A stretch of DNA of 64,000 nucleotides. Origin: an uncultured Nitrososphaerota archaeon (GTDB lineage Archaea > Thermoproteota > Nitrososphaeria > Nitrososphaerales > Gagatemarchaeaceae). Shown in pieces: positions 57,801 through 64,000 of the stretch. The translations under genes were made by a program, and so were the position numbers. The stretch is from NCBI GenBank assembly GCA_963838925.1, contig CAWISW010000002.1, forward strand, positions 192,001 to 256,000. The letters are read 5' to 3'. The notes under the pieces were generated by a model. It had not been told where the DNA came from. It made no database searches and worked only from the letters and a program-made list of their open reading frames with translations. The stretch's first letter is position 1. Each line of letters begins with the position of its first letter.

Positions 57801-58618
57801 GTGCCCGCCCCAGACGCGAAGATGTTCGCTCAGCTCGCGAAGACCCAGTACCTTTCCAAGGGGGTGAGCCTCCCGCCGAGCTGGGACTCGGGGCTCGAGG
57901 ACGACGTCAACGGCAAGACCCCGGAGTTCGGCCCCGGGTCCCGAAGCCCACGAACCTGTTCATGCCGCCCAGCCCCAAGAAGATAGCGGTCGACGCGGCC
58001 AACGCGATAAGCGACGGCTTCAACGGGTTCATCGACGACGTCGCTGCGGCGGTCTGCGGCGCCTGGGCGAACTGGCAGAGCTCGGTGAAGTTCGTGGGCG
58101 TCATCATCAACGGTCCGATCGGGATCCTTCCCCCCGCGGGGATGATAGGAGGGGGGATGATGGCCACGCCCATGATAATGTCTCAGTTCAACCAAAAGTC
58201 CGCGAACTACACTCTCTACGGGAGCGCCGTTGCGTTCGCGATAGGCCAGGCGTGGACCGCGTGGGAGCTGGGGTACACCAACCCCGCCATCCCGTTCCCT
58301 GGCGGCGCAGCGGCCTCTGCCACGATGCCTCCCTCTCCCAACACCCCCGTCCCGCTCGCCTCGGGAGTCTCTCCCGGGGACGCGCTGATGCAAGGAGCGG
58401 CCCTGAAGGGATTGATGATGAGTCAGGTCGCCCCTCCGGGCCTGCACGACGACGAGCTCTTCGACTCCATAGCCCAGGCCTTCGCCCAGGTCTTCCTCAC
58501 GTGGAAGGGCACGTCGATGATAAGCAACATAATGGGCGCGGGGGGCGTCGCTCCTCCTCCGCCCGCGCCTCCAGGGCCCGTTGCCGGTGCCATAGGCAGC
58601 GGCGGGGCCGTGCAGTAG
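57801..58618 (+). pseudogene. Gly/Pro/Ala-rich CIS-associated gene split by an apparent 1-nt frameshift near 57936-57938
   Basis: Adding one G to GGG joins ORF 57801 (..EFGPG) to the 57962 frame (VPKPTNLFMPP..); could be an assembly error. Confidence 0.55.
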
Positions 58619-58620
58619 AT

Positions 58621-59403
58621 CTAGCTCGCGGGGCTTGCCGACGCGTCCGAAGTTGCCCGCGGCGCCGGAGCCGGGTTCGGCTGGACAGCCCCGCAGTTGA
58701 AGCAGAAGATCGCGTTCGAGGCGATGGTCTCCTTGCAGTTCACGCAGTCCTTGGTGTCCGACCCGCTGAACGCCTCCACTGGGACGCCGCAGTTGGGGCA
58801 GAACTTCCCTGAGAGCGGCATCGAGTACTGGCAGTTCATGCAGAACTTCGTCGGGCCGATTATCCCCGATCCTGCCTTGGGCATCGTCACCGCCAGGAGT
58901 AGCGTCATCTTTCCTTCAGACCCCCTGAGGCTCTTGAACCGCCCGCGGACGATGTAGTTCACCTCGAAGTCGTTCGGAATTCCCTGCGGCCCCGTCCTCA
59001 CGAACTTCGTCACGTCCACGCTCTCTTTCTTGATGGCGCGCAGCTTCTCCGGGTCGGCCGGAAGGTCCTTGATGGGGACGATGTCTCCGTTGATCCTGAT
59101 TGGCTTGACTGGGTCGAGGTAGGCGTTCTTGTTCTTGGTTAGGTCGAGGAAGAACGACATGCTGACCCTCTGAGGCCCGTCGTACGTCATGACGACCGTC
59201 TTGCGAGCGGGAGGGGAACCGATGTCCTCCGCGTTCCAGACGTACTTGGTATAGTCGGCATTTGGTAAGGGCTCACCGCTCTTTGGCGGGGGCGCGGCTC
59301 CGACAATCTTTCGAAGGCCCTCCCAGAAGATCACGAATATGCTCACGACGACGCCGAGCAAGATTACGAGGAGTATCGCCCACTCGCCCGTCGCTATGGC
59401 CAT
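58621..59403 (-). CDS. Membrane-anchored double-zinc-ribbon protein
   Basis: N-terminal TM; four CxxC (CMNC, CPNC, CVNC, CFNC). Confidence 0.8.
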   Translation of the reverse strand: MAIATGEWAILLVILLGVVVSIFVIFWEGLRKIVGAAPPPKSGEPLPNADYTKYVWNAEDIGSPPARKTVVMTYDGPQRVSMSFFLDLTKNKNAYLDPVKPIRINGDIVPIKDLPADPEKLRAIKKESVDVTKFVRTGPQGIPNDFEVNYIVRGRFKSLRGSEGKMTLLLAVTMPKAGSGIIGPTKFCMNCQYSMPLSGKFCPNCGVPVEAFSGSDTKDCVNCKETIASNAIFCFNCGAVQPNPAPAPRATSDASASPAS

Positions 59404-59448
59404 CTATCTCGTCAAACTCCCCGAAATTCTATTTAAGAATTGCAAATC

Positions 59449-60417
59449 TCACAACCCCGTGTACCCCAGAAGGAGAAGGAACCCGAGTATCACAGCCCCG
59501 ATGAACGGGACTAGTATCGCGCCCTTCGTGTTCAACCTCTTGGCGCGCTCAAAGTCCTTGTTCTCGACCTGCCTCGCGAGGATGATCGTGACGCCTATGC
59601 TGTAGAGGAATAGGGCGTACACCGTTATCATCATCTTGTCAGCGATGGTGAGGTAGTTCACGGGGGGGATCTGCCCCAGAAGGGAGAGGTTGAACTCGAC
59701 CGCCGCAATCAGGGTGGTCACCCCGATCAGGATCCTCTCGAACGACCTTGTGGGAGGGAGGAAGAATGCAAGGAGCGATATCAGGGTGATCAGGACGATG
59801 GGGAACACGTTCGCCATGAACGACTGGACGCCGGGCCTCCCAATCGTGACGGTGAAGGTCAGCCGCGAAAAGGTCTGGCTCGAGGAATACGCGTGGGGCG
59901 CCGCCTGTATGCTCGACCCGAGCAGGTTCCACCCCACGACGCTCAGCGAAGGGTCCAATCCGCTCGCAGCAGTGTCGGGGACGAAGGTCAGTTGGCTGGA
60001 GGGCATGTTCCTGCTCTCCACCTGTATGCTGAGGCTGTGGTTCTCGAAGGGGAAATTGGAGAAGTCAAGGCCGGTCGTGAATGTCCCCACTATCCTGTAC
60101 TCTTGATACGAGCTGGTGTTGGCGTCGACCGTGACCGAGGTCGCCTGCCCGTTGACGAGCTCGTACTGGACGGTCTGAGGGCTCCCAGTCGAGTTGAACC
60201 AGAGGTAAAAGTCCGCCCCGAACGTCCCCGAGTTCAGGTTGATCTGCTGGACGTCAAGGAGCAGGATCCCCGCGGTCACGGTCGGGTCGGATTGGGCAGT
60301 GAACTGGGGCTGAGCGCGGACCTGGTTCCGGGATGCGAGCGACGAGCCCGCGACGACGAGGATGGCGAGAATCGCCAGGACAAACACGACCCCCGCCCGT
60401 CCCCCCGTCCCCCTCAT
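59449..60417 (-). CDS. Pentameric ligand-gated ion channel (GLIC/ELIC-like Pro-loop receptor)
   Basis: Signal peptide, F.ADFYLW, D..NFPFE.H.L.I.VES (Pro-loop), GW, pre-M1 R, four TMs, YLT.AD in M2-M3. Confidence 0.88.
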   Translation of the reverse strand: MRGTGGRAGVVFVLAILAILVVAGSSLASRNQVRAQPQFTAQSDPTVTAGILLLDVQQINLNSGTFGADFYLWFNSTGSPQTVQYELVNGQATSVTVDANTSSYQEYRIVGTFTTGLDFSNFPFENHSLSIQVESRNMPSSQLTFVPDTAASGLDPSLSVVGWNLLGSSIQAAPHAYSSSQTFSRLTFTVTIGRPGVQSFMANVFPIVLITLISLLAFFLPPTRSFERILIGVTTLIAAVEFNLSLLGQIPPVNYLTIADKMMITVYALFLYSIGVTIILARQVENKDFERAKRLNTKGAILVPFIGAVILGFLLLLGYTGL

Positions 60418-60519
60418 GACGACCCCTTTGCGGTTTGGAGTTTAAGAGAGTTACCACAGTGGTCTCTCTATATCACGGGGCAATCAGTTTATCAGCAGTC
60501 GCCGACGAAGCGCCCTCCA

Positions 60520-61074
60520 ATGTCCGGCCGCAAGCCCGTCAACTTCATCGCGGACGACGCGGAGCTTGGGAAGAACGTCAAGGTGTGGCATTTCGCCTAC
60601 GTGGGCTCTAAGACCAAGTTGGGGGACAACGTCTCGATCGGCTCGCTGGCGCACGTCGACTACAACGTGAGGATCGGGGCCAACACCAGGATCGAGGGCT
60701 CGGTCTACATCCCCCCGCTCACCCGGATTGGAAAGGGCGTCTTCATAGGGCCAGCGGCTGTCATCACCAACGACCCGTACCCGATGAGCAAGCGGATGGT
60801 CGGCGTGACCATCGAGGACGGCGCGGTCATCGGCGGGGGCTCAGTCATCAAGGCAGGAGTCGCCGTCGGGAAGAACAGCGTCGTGGCTATGGGAGCTGTC
60901 GTCACGAAGGACGTCCCCCCGGGCGTGGTCGTCCTAGGAGCCCCCGCGAGAGTCGTCTACACCAGGAAGGAATACGACGCTAAGAAGGTGGCCTGGGAGT
61001 CTGGAAAGCCTTCAGGTACAACCGCGACATCGCAAACATCGCGAACACCAAGAACGCGCCCAGGCCTAAGGTGA
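60520..61074 (+). CDS. Hexapeptide-repeat N-acyltransferase (WbpD/WlbB-like)
   Basis: V.VWHF, FIGP....TND.YP, GAVVTKDVP...V.G.PAR. Start at ATG 60520. Confidence 0.88.
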   Translation: MSGRKPVNFIADDAELGKNVKVWHFAYVGSKTKLGDNVSIGSLAHVDYNVRIGANTRIEGSVYIPPLTRIGKGVFIGPAAVITNDPYPMSKRMVGVTIEDGAVIGGGSVIKAGVAVGKNSVVAMGAVVTKDVPPGVVVLGAPARVVYTRKEYDAKKVAWESGKPSGTTATSQTSRTPRTRPGLR

Positions 61075-61258
61075 GGATTATCTTCGCGACGGATGAGGGC
61101 ACGTCTCCCGCGTGCAGTTCAGGTCCCAGAGGCCTGACTATCGCAAAGAACACATACGTCTCTCCGAGTATCAAGACCCAAGATGCGGCCACGATCAGCA
61201 GCATCCCGACGAGGCTGGCCCTGCTCCTGTTCTCGTCCGAGCTCCTCATAGCAACCAC
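60980..61258 (-). CDS. Small 2-TM membrane protein
   Basis: Two hydrophobic helices; overlaps the end of the upstream GPT gene. Confidence 0.5.
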   Translation of the reverse strand: MVAMRSSDENRSRASLVGMLLIVAASWVLILGETYVFFAIVRPLGPELHAGDVPSSVAKIILTLGLGAFLVFAMFAMSRLYLKAFQTPRPPS

Positions 61259-62346
61259 GTCATCACCGATGTGACCACGCAGAGAGCGGCCGCGAAAGCG
61301 GCTATCGTGAGAATCCTATTGACGAGCGTCCGTTCGTTCAGGGGTCCGCCGACGAGCATCAGCCGCACCAAGGTTATCGGGGCCCGGGGCTCGGTAGAGG
61401 CGTAAATCTTCATGTCGTCGCCGAGGTAGGTCGGCCTCGCAGCCATCTTCTTCCTCTCCACAAGCCCCCTTACGCTCGAGAGGATGTAGTACGAGTTCAA
61501 CACGGCGGGAATGAGCGCCACCAGCGCAGCAATTTCCACCCCGCAGAGGATGGACAAGATGACATACATGGCGCCGAAGGATAGGCTCCCGCTGTCCCCA
61601 TCGAATATCTTGGAGGGATACCTGTTGAAGTAATAGAACGAGGCCGAGACGGCCAACAAAGGCAGCGCGACCGCGATGGTCCCGGCAGACGTGTCGGGCA
61701 GAGCGGAGGACCTGAGCACTACCGAGACCACGAGGGCCGCAGAGACTATCATTGTGAAGCCCGATATCTCGCCATTGAAGGCGTCTAGCATGTTGAATGC
61801 GTTTGAGGAGACGGGGATCGAGGCGACCACGATCAGCGCGAAGATGATGTAGTGAGTGCCTGTCTGCGTGAAGAGTGGGAAGTAAAGTATTGGCTCGTAG
61901 ACCCCTGGATAGAAGTGCTCCGCGAGCACGACGAAGAGGCCCACGCCGGCCAGCAGCGCCGGCTTGACAACCCCGCCGAGCCCGTGCAGGTCATCGTAGA
62001 GCCCTATGAGCCCTGCGCTCAGAACAACTACGATGAGCACTGGGGGGAGGAGGGTGTCGTAGAACACCCAGGCCACCACCTCCCCCACGACCATCGCCGC
62101 GATGATGAGAGGGCCGGCCGGGGTGGGCACCTTTGCGTCCCCTCGCTTGTGGACGTCGTTGGCCGTCCTGCCCCTGGAGACCAAGAACCTCATGTATGGA
62201 GGCATTAGCAGGAACATCACCCCCGCCGGTAGGGCGATTGCAAGAGCGAGCGGGACGATATCGCCTGCGGAAGGAAGCAACGCAGTCGCCGCTCCCCAAG
62301 CGAACCTTAAAACCTTCGATGCCGCAGTCGGTGTTAAGGGTTCCAA
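61246..62346 (-). CDS. Polyprenyl-phosphate GlcNAc-1-phosphate transferase (AglH/GPT, MraY-like)
   Basis: DVHK...P..AG, GLYDD, NAFNMLD..NG, N.YP.KIF.GD.G; start uncertain. Confidence 0.88.
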   Translation of the reverse strand: MEPLTPTAASKVLRFAWGAATALLPSAGDIVPLALAIALPAGVMFLLMPPYMRFLVSRGRTANDVHKRGDAKVPTPAGPLIIAAMVVGEVVAWVFYDTLLPPVLIVVVLSAGLIGLYDDLHGLGGVVKPALLAGVGLFVVLAEHFYPGVYEPILYFPLFTQTGTHYIIFALIVVASIPVSSNAFNMLDAFNGEISGFTMIVSAALVVSVVLRSSALPDTSAGTIAVALPLLAVSASFYYFNRYPSKIFDGDSGSLSFGAMYVILSILCGVEIAALVALIPAVLNSYYILSSVRGLVERKKMAARPTYLGDDMKIYASTEPRAPITLVRLMLVGGPLNERTLVNRILTIAAFAAALCVVTSVMTWLL

Positions 62347-62394
62347 TCAAGGATAAATATCTCTCGCGCATGGGTAGGACGCGACTAGCCTAAG

Positions 62395-62682
62395 ATGAAC
62401 ATCAAAGATCTCAGGGACGGAATGAGGACGGTAGAGGCGGAAGGAGAGATAATTGACATCTCGACCCCAAGGGAAGTCTCTCTGCGCACCGGCGGTAACG
62501 CCAAGGTCGCTGACGCCACCCTGAAGGACGAGACGGGGACTATCAAGCTCTCGCTGTGGGACAACCAGATCGACCAGGTGTCGAAGGGCGCCAAAGTGAA
62601 GGTCACTAACGGGTACATCAACAACTTCAGGGGAGAACGGCAGCTGAACGTGGGTAGGTACGGCAAGCTCGAGATCCTCTAG
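62395..62682 (+). CDS. ssb: Single-OB-fold ssDNA-binding protein (crenarchaeal SSB/RPA type)
   Basis: I.DL..GM..V, D.TG.I.L.LW, NGY...F.G..QLNVG.YG. Confidence 0.9.
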   Translation: MNIKDLRDGMRTVEAEGEIIDISTPREVSLRTGGNAKVADATLKDETGTIKLSLWDNQIDQVSKGAKVKVTNGYINNFRGERQLNVGRYGKLEIL

Positions 62683-62739
62683 GCCTTCGTACCTCTCCAA
62701 CAGGATTATACGAGACTCCTCCGCTCGGTGGAGGAGGAC

Positions 62740-63279
62740 ATGGGAAGGACAGGAAAGGCCTACAGGAGGATACGCGCCAACTTCACCGACAGGCCCACCC
62801 TGTTCACTTGGGTGAGGGGCTCTAGCCTCGCCGCCTCAGGCAGACCCTACTCGAAGAGCCAAGTGGACTGGCTCCGCGACAACGGCGTCAACGTGATACT
62901 CAGCCTGACGGAGGAGCCCCTTCCAAGCGGCTGGACATCGGGCATGGAGACGAGGCACATCTCCATGAAGGACCACGCCCCCGTGAGCCACGCAGACATG
63001 CAGCAGGGCGCGGACTACATCGCAACGTCCCTCTCTGAGGGAAAGGTCGTCCTGGTCCACTGCCTAGCCGGCAAGGGGAGGACGGGTAGCGTCCTCGCAG
63101 CGTACATGATGACCTACGAAGGGAAGACCGCCCGTCAGGCGCTCGACGAGCTCCGCGCCAAGCGCAGGGGGTCAGTGGAGTCGCCTCAGGAGCGGAACGT
63201 CCTAGAGTTCGAAGGAGTCGCGCTCAAAGAATGGTCAAAAGGCCGACGCCGAGAAACCACAACCCGAACGCCCCCATGA
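62740..63279 (+). CDS. Dual-specificity protein phosphatase
   Basis: CX5R motif VHCLAGKGRTG, D..P loop, R..SVE...Q. Confidence 0.9.
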   Translation: MGRTGKAYRRIRANFTDRPTLFTWVRGSSLAASGRPYSKSQVDWLRDNGVNVILSLTEEPLPSGWTSGMETRHISMKDHAPVSHADMQQGADYIATSLSEGKVVLVHCLAGKGRTGSVLAAYMMTYEGKTARQALDELRAKRRGSVESPQERNVLEFEGVALKEWSKGRRRETTTRTPP

Positions 63280-63850
63280 TGGCCGCAGAGGCGTAGGCTA
63301 TCAACGGCGAGAGCCTCTCGTACCTCCTCACGCTCGCGTGGACCGTCCAGGTGAGGACCACGGTCCATGAGACGATCCCTATGAAGAACCCCGCTGCGAT
63401 GCTCCCGCCGAACTCGGCGACCATCCCCGCCCCGATGGCAATCCACCACCCCAGCTGGTAAGGGTTTGTCAGGCCCATAGTCAGGCCAAGGAGAAAGGGG
63501 TGCCTCCGGATCGGGGACGACGACCAGCGGTCAGGTCGCTGTGAGGATGAGAGCGCACGTCTACGCCTTGTCCCCCTGAGGATGGAAGCCGCGAGGTACA
63601 GCATCAGCAAGCCCCCGAGGATGAACAGAAAGTCCCTTTCACCAGGCGTGACGAGCCTCGCCACCCCGAAGTAGGTCAGCATGAAGAAAACACCGTCGGA
63701 GACCGTCGCCCCGAGCATCACGAGCCAGCCCGAGAGCCACGATCGCGAGACGACCTGTTGCGCCGCAAATGCCGTGACCGGGCCTGGTGGCGCCGCAATC
63801 GAGAACCCGAGCGCCACGCCGCTCAAGAAGACCTGGAGGGCGTCAGGCAA
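63224..63850 (-). CDS. LysE family translocator
   Basis: G.S.AAPPGP, GA...D, L.NPY...WW. Confidence 0.88.
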   Translation of the reverse strand: MPDALQVFLSGVALGFSIAAPPGPVTAFAAQQVVSRSWLSGWLVMLGATVSDGVFFMLTYFGVARLVTPGERDFLFILGGLLMLYLAASILRGTRRRRALSSSQRPDRWSSSPIRRHPFLLGLTMGLTNPYQLGWWIAIGAGMVAEFGGSIAAGFFIGIVSWTVVLTWTVHASVRRYERLSPLIAYASAAIMGAFGLWFLGVGLLTIL

Positions 63851-64000
63851 TCGAGCACACGCAAGCAGCCATTCGCCTAAAAGCCTTGGCTGGGGCCGGA
63901 ACGGACGGTGCCGACGCTGTCGTGAGAATCGGCATTAACATAGCTGCAACAGGTTCATGGAGATGCGTATGACTTAAATCGCCGAGACAACATTGGGAGG

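Larger units (their letters stand above)
36552..58618 (+). other. Capsid-less contractile injection system / tailocin-like gene cluster
   Basis: About 20 co-oriented genes with sheath, tube, TAC, hub, gp25, baseplate J/I, spike and PAAR; no capsid, portal, terminase or integrase recognised. Confidence 0.9.

Noticed and set aside
36552-58618. Intact provirus
   Set aside because: No capsid, portal, terminase, integrase or replication genes recognised; both flanks are cellular genes.
36552-58618. Canonical bacterial T6SS or PVC/Afp-type eCIS
   Set aside because: Single sheath gene, no TssJLM/ClpV or Afp15-like ATPase recognised, and a phage-type G/GT chaperone is present.
59893-60519. N-terminal extension of the acyltransferase ORF
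   Set aside because: Overlaps the pLGIC gene on the opposite strand; the real start is ATG 60520.
26490-64000. att-like duplication of the tRNA-Gln 3' end bounding an island
   Set aside because: No second copy noticed by eye; an exact repeat search would be needed to exclude it.
1-64000. CRISPR array, rRNA or IS transposase
   Set aside because: No regularly spaced repeats, rRNA-like segments or transposase motifs seen.

Overview
GC-rich archaeal chromosome segment, most consistent with a TACK/Nitrososphaerota-type archaeon (Top6B, aIF2-beta, RIO1/Dim2, single-OB SSB, AglH-type GPT, divergent FtsZ); the taxonomy is inferred, not searched. 1-20 kb is housekeeping: top6B (partial), dim2-rio1, grpE-dnaK-dnaJ, aIF2beta, mtnP-apt-ahcY-metG, an FtsZ-like gene, gcvPB/PA and sugar/glycosylation genes. 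20-36 kb is accessory: a SixA-Ppx-2xTMK-like-CHAD polyphosphate module, a free-standing HTH-LAGLIDADG gene that runs into tRNA-Gln(UUG), an ABC system with a YhfC-permease fusion, a metal-homeostasis block (Cys-rich CDF-like protein, MntH, MntR) and a cysteine-synthase-rhodanese fusion. The main feature is a ~22 kb co-oriented, capsid-less contractile phage-tail (CIS/tailocin-like) locus at 36552-58618. It encodes sheath, tube, a tail chaperone with a -1 slippery site, a low-complexity tape-measure-position protein, two tube-initiator paralogs, hub, gp25, baseplate J/I, a terminator-like protein, spike and PAAR. Embedded in it are a subtilase and a eukaryote-like two-HKD phospholipase D. The locus is followed by a pentameric ligand-gated ion channel, and housekeeping/glycosylation genes then resume. 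All calls come from motif recognition by eye; no database searches were run.
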